Below the pieces are notes generated by a model, which worked only from the letters and a program-made list of their open reading frames with translations, was not told where the DNA came from and did no database searches. A stretch of 64,000 nucleotides of DNA from Ptychomitrium polyphyllum (taxonomy: Eukaryota). The position numbers were made by a program, and so were the translations under genes. Positions 27,180-40,326 of the stretch are shown piece after piece (position 1 is the first letter of the stretch; each line of letters starts with the position of its first letter). Location of the stretch: contig OZ316775.1 of the NCBI GenBank assembly GCA_973851085.1, forward strand, positions 8,804,001 through 8,868,000, given 5' to 3'.

Positions 27180-30049
27180 ATGATGAGCAGTTCCAGTCTC
27201 GAATAATATAGGTAGTTTAATTTCATGAATTTTCTCCTATATTGAAATTAAATCGCAGTTAGTAAGAAAAAATTCGGATTCGGTTCGTGAATCATGATGC
27301 TTGTACTACCTACTTGGGTCCCTGTTAGTACCTTAACTTTTGGTTCTTTACTTACTAATTCCACCTGATCACGCGAAGTTCATTACTGTAATTACATATA
27401 GGTAAAGCATGATAGTTGCTATAGTTGAATCTACTCAAACTATAGCCTGGTGACGATTATTTCAAGGTTAGGCTTCTCAGGTTCTGACAATTTAATTTGT
27501 GATTTTAAACCATCCGTGCAATAATTTTCTTCATGGATTTGAATCATTTTAAGGTTGCCCTGAATGCTTGTGATCTTGCCAAGTGCGTCATTCTGCTCCC
27601 AACTGATCTTAGGTCTAACTTATTATTTTCGACGCTGGCTCCTCCTTCAACAAGTTTTTGTGCTTCAACATGTGTTCTACCAACAAGATCAAGGATGTGT
27701 GAACTTGGCATTTCCATTGAGGACCGACCTGAAATGAGCCTGGAGATGCAATTTGAGGAATCCAAAATTACAACTTGATGCCTGGAACTGGACTGTTAAA
27801 GCGGCTAAGTAGATAGGCTTTCATACCAGACCAACATATTCTACAAATACTTAAGAAATTCACAGACATCAACGGCCATCAATGGCACTGCAGTTGATAT
27901 AATGGCCGCAAGTGGGCCATATGTGGAAGCAAGAAAGGAGTTATAATTTTAGAGAATTGTAGGTTGTAATTAAAAAAATTCTACTTAAGTGTTAAAATAT
28001 AAAAATTGATTTTGAAATGCAACTTTTGTAAAAGCCTCCAGTTATGTAATGTGATTCTTTCTTCACATATCTAATCTTCTCATGGACTTGATTTTTACTG
28101 TATTTCCAACCTTATCATTGCCATCTTATGTCATAATGAAGTTATAAAATTGTATGTTTTACAAGCTAACATGATGACAAGTGGTCACATTATTGATTTG
28201 GTTTGTTTGAAGAGTATTGAGTGGCTACTGTAGGTGCTTTGGAAGCTTCTAGGTTGCCATTTAATTATGCAATTTGATATTAGGTTTTTAATGACACTTT
28301 TGAGCTCTTGCAATTGTAATGTTGATCTTTTGCTTTCTTCTCCATTTTTTCTTTTTTTATATGTTCTTTGGCTTTAATTGTTTTTATATGCTTGTCATTG
28401 CCTTTCTTTCATTCCATGTCATAGTAACTTTTGCTTTTATATATACTATATCATATCAAAAAATTACCTTCTTGTGAAAACCTTTTACATTATTAAAGAT
28501 CAATAGAAAAAAGCTTCAGCCTACTTCTCTAAGTGAGCTTATACTCAAGTTTGTCAATATAAAATTTGAACTGTTGGTTCTTATAGGTAGGATATATGGT
28601 CTAGTTTCATTTGTTAATAAATTGAGGTTAATATTGGATTAGAGTTTATATATAAATGTCAATTTATTAATGTATGAAGTTAGACTTAATCTTTTAAAAA
28701 AATGACTTATATGATTTTATTGAAGTTGAACATATAATTTAAAATCTTAAGAAAAATAATCCTTTTTAAAAAATGAAATTTTACAGAACTAACCAAGTAA
28801 TAAATTATAAGTTTTATTTAAAATATTTAATTCAAACTAAAAACATAATAAAGGATGATGTAAAAATAAAGAAACAAGAATAAAGAATCAATGAATGAAA
28901 AAATTTCCAACTAATGATTTCCATTGTAAGCAAGGCAAACAAATTGATGAGTAAATGCAAAGTTCATTAGGTTCTTGAGATGACTAGATAGGCACCATGA
29001 AATGACTAACTATATTATAATTAGAGCTTTGAATACCTTCATGACAAGTTTAAATTCTAGCTGCTATGAATCCATCCATTCTTCCATCCAATTGAATAAT
29101 GTACAATTTGCAATTTTGATCCACAATTTAGATGGATTGCACACATGGTAGTATTTTAAGCACCATACTTGCAAAGGCAACAAAATCTCAACTATTTTTT
29201 TCATCAAAATTTTTACAAATATGATAAAAGTTGAATTTCAACAAATTATTGAATATTTAATTCCGATTTAATTTTATTTGAATTAAAGGTGAAACTACAA
29301 CATCTTGAATTATTTATAAATTGAATCAAAGATTGAACTTATATGCCTTTGTTAATAAGTTATCAATTGATTAAATCATTATTGTCCAATAAATTTAGTG
29401 ATATAATACATTCTTTGACTTATCATTGTATTGGACCTACATGAAAATTTCTAAAGCACAATTATTTGTATTAGAGGCACTTAATCTTACATTAAAGACA
29501 GGCACAAAATTACATATCACAATTCCGTATCATAGAAAATAAAGCATAGATTTAGAACTTGACTATATATTACCAAATATCCATAGCTTTGTTGCAACAA
29601 GCCAGGTTTATATGGGGAATAAAAATGAAAAAGCCTACATAAAATTTGCTACACTAAAAACCTCTAACCAATGTCATAACATCTTATAGTAACCCATTGT
29701 GTTTTTCGTTTAGCTTTTTAGGACCAATGAAGCCAATGCAACTTTATGCCAATGATTGCAAGAACAGGGTCCCGCAGAGGTCGCCTTTGCAATCTGGAGC
29801 CGTGACCTCGGCCTCGGTGGCAACGTGGATGATCGTCGCCTGTGAAGCGCAGCATTCATCCAGACGGCAGGCTCACGGATGAAGGCTGTCCAGCCTTCAC
29901 GCGAAGTCGCAACAAACGGAGCATTCTGGTGTCTTTGCCTGGCACCGCATTTGCTGGACTCGGTCACCACAGACACACATACCGACACACACACATACAC
30001 ACGCACGCATGCAGACGTAGACAGAGGTTGGAATTTGGTTGCCGAGCGC

Positions 30050-30258
30050 GCAGGTGGGAGCAGCGGCAGCACTTGTGGTGGGAGAGCGCGAGGCGATCGC
30101 TGGGGCGCTGCGGGCTGCATGGGATTTAGGGTTTAGGGGTTAGGGTTTTAGGGGTGCGAGTGGCGCTGCAGCGGAGTAGCTGAAAGTTGTGTGCGATGGC
30201 GCTGCTGTACTATCGTCTACTGTTGCTGCCTCAATGCTGTTACGCTCTGCCTGCTTCT
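30050..30258 (+). repeat. Inverted duplicate of the leader and first 21 codons of the EngB gene (51746-51940)
   Basis: 30196-30258 matches the reverse complement of 51746-51808 at 54/63 nt. The upstream blocks GCAGGTGGGAGCAG, GTGGG.GAGC.CGAGG.GAT and GCTGCAGCGGAGTAGCT are also shared. Confidence 0.92.
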
Positions 30259-30621
30259 AGCTCCGCGGAGACTTAGGGGTTAGATTTTAGGGTTTTACCC
30301 CTCTTTCAGCACCCAATTGATTGTTCACCCATCAATGCGGGTTTATGTAACTCGGATTTTTTCAGTGTTCGTGCAGTGGGTTCATTTGAAATAGGTTTTC
30401 AAGATCAGAGCTTTGAAAGGACCCAATCGAGACTGTTCCACAATGATTATGTGTCGATGATCTCATTTTCCATTATAGGGCTGATCTGGAAGGAGATCTT
30501 TCACCGAATCTCTGTGACGCTGAATTGAGTCGTCTACAAGGATGTACGGGTTCAGTAACTGAGAAGCATCTATGTATTCGTGTTTAAATAGGCCCAGAGA
30601 GGATTTGATAGGGTTCTCATC

Positions 30622-32832
30622 ATGTGGCGTGTTGTGCTCGCGGAGAGCCGCAAGCTCGCAAGAAGTGGGATCGTTGCAAATTCTGTCATCGACACTAAGC
30701 ATTTCGATTCCTGTGCCAGTGGAGTGGCCTTGAAAGCGATGGGCGAGGTGGCGAGTGGCGGTGTCTGGGTACCCCAGGTTTGGGCTTTGCCAAAAGAGCA
30801 GGGGAGATCACTACATTATGGGGTTCGGAGGGATAGGAAATTAGCGATCCAGGAGCACTTTCATATTGATGAACGAGGTGATGATCTCTCCTCTCAGGAT
30901 TCTCAAGTCGTTTCTGGGAGAGGGTTTGAGTCTAGGAAGGGTGAGTCGGCAGTTGAGAGCTCTAGAAACTTCCATGGCGTTTCTGTTGTAGAATCTAGTC
31001 GGAAGCAACAAAGTCTTGACATGGAGGTGGAGAGCACCTGCCGGATATTGGCGAAGGGGTTCTGGGGGCCTGACAAAGAGGTCGCACTAGCAGGGTTGGG
31101 TTTAGGCTTTCACCCGAGCTATGAGTGGAAAGTGTTGCAGAGTCTGGGCAACGTGGATATGGCAGTCAATTTCTTCAAGTGGGTGCGCACGCAGCGGAGA
31201 AGGGCACATAGTTCTCGAGCGTGTCATATCCTCGTATCAATGCTTGGAAACGCGAAGCGCTTTAATGAAGCGGAGGAAATCTTGGTCGAAGCAAAGAAGG
31301 ATAGAGTTAGAATACTACCCCGGATTTTTGTTGAGCTTGCACGAAGTTATGCAAGTGCGGGATTGTTGGAAAAATCTGTGGAGGCCTTGAAACGAATGGA
31401 AGATCATGGGTGTGCACTCTCAGCCTCGGCGTATAATTCTATTATTGACGCCTTTGTTAAATCAGGCTATAATCAGAAGGCGCTTGCCGTCTACAGAGTA
31501 ATGGGGCAATCGGGTCTGCGACCTGATACGTACACTTTCAATGTTCTTATGAATGCGTTTAAGAAAGTCAAGAAGATTGACTCGGTGTGCAAATTGTTTG
31601 AAGAGATGCAAAATCAAAATTGTAGCCCCGACGTGGTCACGTATAGTACATTGGTAGATTCTCTCTGCAAATGTGGAGAAGTTGAGGAAGCGGTGAATGT
31701 GTTTGCAGATATGAAGGCTCGTGGGTGCAAGCCTAATGTTTTTACCTATACTGCAATGATTGATGGACTGGGTAAATCTGGTCAAGTTGACAAGGCATTT
31801 TTTATTTTCGAGGAAATGACCTCGGCAGGCCTTGTGGCCAATAGAGTGGTCTACAACTCCCTAATTCATGGATTAGGAAGAACTGGTCGAGCGGATGCGG
31901 CTGGGAAACTGTTTAGAGAAATGGTTTCGAAGGGTCTGCGACCTGATCATGTCACGTTCACCTCTCTTGTATATGGGCTAGGTGTTGCAGGGCGTGCAAG
32001 TGAAGCTCGCCGTATATTTCAGGAAGCGAGAGAAAATGGTTGTGTATTGGACGTCAGTTTGTATAATGTACTGATTGACACTCTTTGCAAGGCTAAGAGA
32101 TTTGACGAAGCATGGGAGATCTTTGGGGAATTGGAAGGTGGCCTCCTCAATCAGCTTCTTGCAACTTTATTGAGAGTCGTACATTAGTAATTAGTAAGGT
32201 AATTGGTTTATATGTGAATTCATCAGTTTTCCAGCGTAAACGCTATTTCAGATCTTGGTATTTACAAGTGGCTTTGCTTGTTTCCAGAGGATGGTTTGGT
32301 TCCAGATGTGTACACATTCAACGCTCTTATGGATGGGCTTTGTAAAAGTGGCCGTATTCATGATGCTTTTACGCTTCTTGGAGACATGAAGCGTGCTAGG
32401 TGTTCTCCGGACGTTACAATATACAACACGCTTATCGATGGACTTCGAAAGTCGAGCAGGGTTGAAGAGGCAGGACAACTTTTACAGGAGATGCATTCGT
32501 TTGGTTGTGAACCTGATGTGGTCACTTACAACACACTCATAGACGAGTTATGCAAGGGAGGCCGTATTGAAGATGCGTTAAAGCTCTTTGAAGAAATCAA
32601 TGTAAAGGGATTCGCAAACACTGTCACATACAACACCCTGCTCAATGGGCTTTGTGTGGCAGGCCGTGTTGACGAAGCGTACAAATTGTTTGATGAAATG
32701 AAACAGAAACTCAACGGTGAAATCGACCCCGACTTTGTCACATATACCACTCTTCTAAATGGGGCGCGGCAGGCTGGCTTGTCAGAATTCTTAAATTCGT
32801 TGAAGAGATGGAGGCACAGTGCAAGAGTGTAG
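30622..32832 (+). CDS. P-class pentatricopeptide repeat protein (13 repeats plus a partial one); 2 exons
   Basis: Exons 30622-32137 and 32288-32832 join in frame (LE|EDGLVPDV). Tandem 35-aa motifs such as DVVTYSTLVDSLCKCGEVEEAVNVFADMKARGCKP; no E/DYW domain. Start codon uncertain. Confidence 0.95.
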
Positions 32833-35800
32833 TCATGCTTATGCATTTCCATGACTTGTGTTCTGTTTTTCTGGAGGACAATGATGAAGACTCGTGTTTG
32901 CTACATTAGATGAGAGCGCTGACTATCGCATTCTGCTTGGGAAAAAGTTTACTTTCAACCATCAAAATGTGTAACGATGAGGTTTTGCCGCAAGCATGTA
33001 AAATCATAACGTCGACATACAACTGAACCTCTATGGTAAGCTCCTATCACTTTTTATTTCTTCTTTAGCTTAGACAACGTGAAGAGTAAATGTAATTTTT
33101 GGAAATAACAGTCTAATCATCTACTCAATGTGATCACAAAAGTGGCTGCTTTTTGGGTTGGCAGGCTGTGGCCGCAGACATTATCTGCTGGCTGTTGGAT
33201 TCATTTTGAAGCCAGCGGCATATGGAAGGCTGCTCTTGAACGTGTGTCTATCCTGATTTCCCTGGTTAGCGTTATTTGGAGATTTGAAAACCTCAAGGGC
33301 TCTGTGAAGAACAGATATCGGTGGACTCCATGAATGCCACTAAATCATTGCTGCTCTTCTTAGCGCGTACTAGGGTCACAACAAGATGTACCGTTTTTCG
33401 ATGTTCTGAGGATTTTAAGCAGGACGTAAAATTATTCATGTGAATCCCATTTATTAGCCCGAAGTGATTATGGCGACTTTGTCACATGTAATAAGAATGT
33501 AGTTAGTTTCTGCTAAATACCACTATATAGTATCATTCTACATGCTGAGGTAGTACTGACTCCTGAGTATGCCACCACCAAAAGAATTGGCTTCTTAGGC
33601 ATGCTATGTAGTATGGGCTCTTGAGGCTGGGGCTTACTAATGGACCATGTCGAACAAGTCAAAAGGAAAGACATATGTTGACTTTGCGGGTCAATACCAG
33701 TTGAAATCTGTACACTCTGCATGTTGTATGTTCTTGCACCCCAGAACCGCTTTGATATTTGATATCATCCAGCACTAAATCTGGTGCTCTTGATCTGTTT
33801 TCAACAGCAGAGCTGATAAAGACATGCCTAAATTACAGTCTTTTTACTTTGTTGAATACCCATGTCTGCTGCTTTGAGATGCACATATTTATTGGCAGTT
33901 CTGGGAAATATTGATATTCACAAATGTCATGATCAGCCTCAATTAGTGGCAGCAATCTTGCAGTGTCAGAAACAGTTCCTTGTTGACCTCAATTCATCAG
34001 ATAGTCTGCCATCCCTGACTTTTGCATTTGTGTGGAACAGTGAAACTGCATATGGGAAAGTTGCTCCTAATGTTGACACTGGAAGATCACAATCTTTACC
34101 TTTACCAAGAGTGCATGTCTCTTGACAACACATTGAGTAACCTTCTAGGGCATGTTAGAAACACATCTAAAATGAAATTTTGTCCATGAACATCTCAAGT
34201 ACAACATTCTTTTTGCAAGTCTATCATGCACCCCAGGAATAAGAGAAATGAGCCACAAGATTTCTAACTTAGAATAATCATAATTAATCGGTAGTGTCCA
34301 AATAATATCTCTTAAATTTGTGTGGATAATTTTTCCATTGTGTATACGAATTAAGTAAAGAAATTCGTGGCTAATGAATAAGAAAACCCTTTAATTGTGT
34401 TAAAGTCATGGGCCTGGAAGTTGCTACCTTGATGTTAGCCAACCCAATTCATATTTTAAGATGCAGGTTTATGTGGAGTGTGTGGGACCAGTTTCCTAGA
34501 ATTGACAGAAGAAAAGGATTGTGTAAGAGAGAAGTGGCTCAAAATTATTTGTGCTTGTGATCAACTTACTGCATCGTGGAGCATGCTCTTCAAAAAAATG
34601 GATGTTGTGTTTGGTATATTCTACAGTGATGGTATAGTGATGGTTCAAGGCTTCATGGGCAATGATCAATTACTGTGAGAACTGGGAGTCAGCTTGATGG
34701 AGGCACTTCCAAAGTTCCCCTTCAAAGGAACTGCAAGCCTAGATGAAATGTAAATTTCTGCCATAAGAGCCAGCTATGACTTGCTGTAAACAGTTGAACA
34801 AAAACTCTTTGACTGGGGTTGCTTACATAACCAGAATGGGTCTAAACCTAGCATTGCAAACTCACATGTTAGGCAGATGGATTGTTTGTTGTAGACAATT
34901 TTATTGGACAAGTCCATGTGAAAAAAACACCACATGCAAAAATCACATTTTCCACTTCAACCTAGATTACCACGGCCAAGATGACATGGCGGTAGGAAAG
35001 ATAATGTGTAACCTGCTTGTGCCAGCTTTACTCTCACCCACAACCTGCATGCGCTCATCACTTACATACTTGCTCCTACCACTTCATCCGCTGGGGTCCG
35101 CCTTGTCCACATGGCTATTGCACAGCAGTACAAATGGACAAAGTAGTTTTCGTTTACCCCAATTAAAGTCAACAAGGTGTTGATCATTATCAGATGGACG
35201 TTCGATGTTGAGGTCATCGGACGGACGCTGTCTGTCTAGCCGTGCGGCTAAACAAACGACCCTGGTCGTGATCATCATTAAAGGCTTCCACTGAGTTTCA
35301 TGTTTTTGCAGTAGGTCCGACGAAGCTGGTGGAGGAAGGTAGAATGTGGAGTAATAAGTGGTTGGAAACTTGGCCACCGGACATGGACTCCAGTGACACA
35401 GATGTAGACCCTGCATATCTATTCAAGTACATTCGTAAATACAAAATGAAACTTTCCAGAACCGACCCTTACCTAAAATCGAACCCCGTCATGAATTTTC
35501 TTTTAATTTGTGCAAAAAAGACATTAAAACGAAATTGACCTGCATTTAGAATCGACACATTCGAGTACACGCTTTCATTTCAAGTCTGAAATCTAGGAAA
35601 CCTAAATGTTTTGTCTACTGGTTACGTGTTGTAGACTAAATGAAAATTGTGATGGAGAGTATGATTGATTCCAGACTCGAAACCTGTGAATCCGTGAATC
35701 TTCGAAATACATAGATTGCAGCTCAGAGATGAACATTGATGAAGTCACCTCTTGCAATGGTTCTGATTAAGCATAATAATGTTAATTAGCTGCCTCTAAG

Positions 35801-36646
35801 TTTACCATCTGCTAGTTCATTAGAGCAGATAATCCCACAAGGCTCGAAACTAAGTTCTCCGACAATCAGGGCTGCCTCGATGAAGCCAATAATTGATTCT
35901 GAGGAATTAGTGAAAATGTGACTTCAAGAGCGTTCAGGCCGAGGTTGTGTTCCTAGAGTCCAGCCTTTTAAAAACACGCCCTTTCCCTGTTCATAGATCG
36001 ACCTCACTGTTGCTTTTTTTAACTATGTCACTAGAACTCGTTGTGCTTTTCTCAAGCTGCTACACAAACAGCCACGTCCCAGAAGTCAATCTTTTTATGA
36101 AGGGTTGTTGCCCGAGTTGTTGACGTCTTTGAATGCAGAGCAAGTGTTTCATGGGGACTTGGTTGTGACAGGGACGTTGGGACCAGCAGCTGCCTGTCTT
36201 CACGAGCAGACCGCTGTGTGTGTTTCTCAAGAGTTGTGATCGCTCGTCAATAGAGGGTTTAAGTTGATTTTACAGTAGGAGGAAGAAAGGGAAGTAGCTA
36301 GGACAGGGACAGGAATCATTACGGACATAGTCGAGCTGATTGATCACTCGGATCTTTTTGGGAGGACAGTTCTCACGGTTTTACAGTCGCGAAGATTGGT
36401 CTATATTGAGACTGACAGGTGCAGAAATTGGGAGTAGGAGTTGTTGACTTGAATGTGGAGTGATTTGCTTTTGGACATCCATATCTCGGGTCTTCTGCAA
36501 TGACGTTATGCACAACTTCGCCCTGGTTTTGAGTGAGTCATCCAGAGTTGCGACTATTTGGTCCTTGAGTGGTCACTCACCTAGTATCGGCAGTTTTTGA
36601 GAGGTTCTTGAGTGAAGTTTGTGGTGCAAGTGGTGGATTAGGGAGG

Positions 36647-36949
36647 ATGGATTTGTACGAAAGGCTGTCAAGGGTGTTCATGCGGAGGAAGTACTCGCGA
36701 GTGGAGGAACGAGACCGTGCAGAGCGGTTGACGAAGAGCAAGTCCGTGAAGATTCCTAGAGAGAGTAGATCAGAGAGGATATTCGCGACCAAGCCGGTTG
36801 GCGCATCAACGTCACAGATTTCGGAGCCAGTCATAGCGCTGCCTAAAAAGTTCACTCTGCGGTCATCGTCCAACGATGTCATCGACGGCGCCTGGTTTAA
36901 TACCGCACTTCGCCGCTCCGTCGCCGAAGGACGAGTCACTCTGAGCTGA
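36647..36949 (+). CDS. Small basic protein of unknown function, paralog 1 (100 aa, intronless)
   Basis: MDLYERLSRVFMRRKY...PKKFTLRSSSNDVIDGAWFNTALRRSVAEGRVTLS; shares N- and C-terminal motifs with the ORFs at 44153 and 48276. Confidence 0.85.
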   Translation: MDLYERLSRVFMRRKYSRVEERDRAERLTKSKSVKIPRESRSERIFATKPVGASTSQISEPVIALPKKFTLRSSSNDVIDGAWFNTALRRSVAEGRVTLS

Positions 36950-37745
36950 ATTCGCTGCCAAGTTTATCGGTACCGGCACTCGTTTGCAGACTTCAAGCAG
37001 GCACCAAAAAGTTTGCCCAGCTGCTTTTTGATCCATACAAATCATGCCGCACCAATTCACGACATCGTCCGTAGACTATTTTACTGGAATCAACTGAGCT
37101 GCATCAGGTGCCAAAATAATGTTTGGGTGCAAGTGCCAAGTATCAGACATGTTCCATTGCTCACATACCATGTGCAGGTCACTAAATTAGCAGTGTAGCT
37201 GAATAAGTAGAGCTGGTGAAAAATTAGTATCGGTTTTGCAGTAAGTCTAGAGACGCAGCTCCTAACCATCAAACTGGAATTTAGGGTTTCTGAAACTTCA
37301 TAAAGAACTCACTTGATGTGAATACTGGACTTATATGCAAATTGAATGTCCTGCAACATAGACGCGATGGCATATCATTCTACTCACTTAATCCTCAAGC
37401 TAGGTTTCCTGAGCAAATCTCCCTCAGCAGGACCTGACGGGACTTCTTTTCATGGTGAATGTTGATGAGAATTAACTTGGTTGTTCTCCTAGTTTGATTA
37501 CAACATTGTTGTGGGTTATATCTTGAGACTTCTTGTGACGAGATGATGACAGTGTCCATGGAAGCCTTTAGAAGCTGACCTCGTTTCACGCCGTGCAGTC
37601 ACTTCTGCAACATAGCCTGAAGTATCATCCTCGCTTCATGTACTGTAGTGCTTGTAAGTGAGACAATGAGACTGACAGAGATCACCGTGGGAGGGCCCAA
37701 CAATAATGGTGCCTAACAGATGCCAGCCTATGGATTCCTGGAGCA

Positions 37746-37803
37746 TGTATGCATATGCATATGCATATATATATACATATATATATACATATATATATAT
37801 ATA
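37746..37803. repeat. (TA)n/(ATGCAT)n microsatellite
   Basis: tgtatgcatatgcatatgcatatatatatacatatatatatacatatatatatatata. Confidence 0.9.
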
Positions 37804-40326
37804 ACTTATTTATATGTATTTCTTTTCGACCATCAAGCTTTGCAGGGGCCAGAGGCAGAGCGACAGAGCTGGCCCATGTCTGAAAATCCACACTGGTCAA
37901 GCTGGCAGAATGAAATCTGCCGGCAGGCACGCCATGCGAGATTCATCCAAGGGTGTGCAGAGCGATAATTGTAGTTGTTCATGAGCAGAGCATGGCCAGA
38001 GTGGACTCAGCCTGTGCACAAGCACTTCTCAATGCCATGCGTCGACCCAGAAGGCCGGAGCCTGGACCTGGGGAAATTGATCTCACATTTCATGATGCAT
38101 TTGGCTGCTATAGTTGATATGCAATGTTCTTTTTGTGTTTCTCCTTTGAAAGTCTATGTTTTGTTTGTATAATGTATTTTCTTCAAGTTTACTGGTTGAA
38201 ATGCTAATTTATTATGTTTTTTTTGCAGACGGAGCCAAAAAAGTTTTATGTAAATTACAGAATATACTCAAGAAATATGGAAAGGTTTGAATGATGCATA
38301 TCACAATTAAAATTTAAAATTTAGATTATTTTAGTATGCTAAATATTTATGTTTTGGTTTTGAATTATGATGAAGAAACTTAAAATCATGAAAAGTATTG
38401 TAGAAGCAATAGTAATATGTGTCAATTGGTAATGGTTATAGATCACTTAATTTGAGGAATAGCCCAAAAATCTTAGTAAGCTACATTTGTTTGGTTGAGC
38501 TCAAAAGCAAAATAGATCATCTTAGAAGTCAACAATTAGAATGTCAAGTATTTTGAATACATTTCATTATATTTCTTTTTGATGAACCATTAAAAATCTC
38601 AATCATATTATTTTGACAACCTTGTAGTCCAATTTAAGAGTTTCATTACCAATGTTCTACAAAAAAATCTTAGATGAAAAAGGACCAAATAGATAGGAAT
38701 TATGGGTGATGAAATCAACCATATTTTGGCTGTTCAAGAATTAAAGAAATGCTCTCAATCCTTAAAGAGTTTAACGAAGTGTCAAAAGCAATCCAGGAAG
38801 TGGTAATTTATTTATTTTCCCATGGAACTCCAGCATGTGGATTAGCGTTGTCCTGGGAGAGATTCTTTCCATCCAATTACCTGTTGAGGACGTTGCATCA
38901 AGTGTGAAGACATTGCACAAGTGGATTTTTTATAAAGGACAGATATTTTATTGTTTTTGTTATCACAAGATCCATGAAAAGGACAGCACAAGGTCATCTT
39001 GTTCTCAGTGTTATATTGTATAGAAAAAAAACAGCTCAATGCAACATGTTTAGCACCAACTCTCAGGTACAATCACAGAACAGCCAATGGATGGAGTAAC
39101 TGGAACACATGACATGAAGTAAAAGCAGGGTACTCTCTGCAGCTGCAACTTTTCTTTTTTGTGTTGATGAGTAGTAGTGTGTGCCAAATTTGACTGGCTC
39201 ATGTTGCTTATTTCTGACTGGGTATGTATCTATCAATGAAGTAAATCAACTAGAGGACAAGTGACAATATGTTCCTGCTTGTTGGTTACCATTAGACTTA
39301 GCTTGGCTTTTATTCAGTTCAGAAAAATAATTTTGTGTTGAGTATAACTAAACCTGAACTCAACAATTACTACTGTTTGTAAGCCTACATCAAAATCTAA
39401 GCTGGACTGCTGACTACCTTTCTCTAGTTATGACCATCAACAACACCGTTTTGGAGCAATGTACAGGTTCAGCTTTCCAAGAGATCTACTATGGTTCTAC
39501 AATTCTCAGCTTACAGGCTATAGATTAGTAGCTTACCACAACATCCACTGATGTGATTCAAAGAGCGGCCATGGCATTACTCAAAAGGAGGGCCAAAGAA
39601 AAACGACACCATTCAAAAGGACATGGAAAACTGAATTATACCACCTACAGCTATACATGCACCGAAGCTCAATAACCTTGTGAGATCAAACAAGACCTTC
39701 AAACTCACATTCTGTCACGGCCTTAGGAGTAGCAAGTTACTTCTGAAAGCTTGGACAGGTGTGCTACAATAAGAACATCAGACTTACGTGTTTCTTGTCC
39801 AGCCAAATTTCTTGATCCAATCTAATGGTATGGTCTGTCAATTCACTGATTCAAGTCCAAATCCATTTTCGTACCATCGTACAGTAAAGTATTTCAGAGC
39901 AAGTAGCAGAAGCAGCAATAAATAGAACTTTGCAACTCAAAGAGTGCACGTAATTCTCAGCTGGTCAATGCAGTGATTGATACACACCGAGGCTGAGTGC
40001 AAGAGACAGGCCTTCGTAATTAGAGTCTTTCATTCCTAGTTCAGAAAGCAACTATAGAACATTCTTCAAATGAATCAAAATGCAAAAGCAATGTTACAAC
40101 TACTCTAGAAACTCATGAAGTTCTAAAATGTACATTCAACTTGTAAGCTCACTCCCGACTGTCCCTCCATTATATTTCGATCATCGACCACGATTCAGGA
40201 TCGTTGTCATCAACCTTCACACCTGCAGATCGGATGTGCATTAATGTATCAAGACCATAACCAGATGCACACCTTGTCGCAATGGCAAGAGTTGTCCAGC
40301 GTCAACGGACATAGACAACTCCATGA

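Noticed and set aside
27800..29300. Possible retroelement relics in AT-rich DNA
   Set aside because: Motif hints are too weak to assign a family or boundaries.
32882..33026. C/D-box-like motifs (ATGATGA...CTGA) after the PPR stop
   Set aside because: Box spacing is too short, with no terminal stem or recognisable guide; probably 3' UTR.
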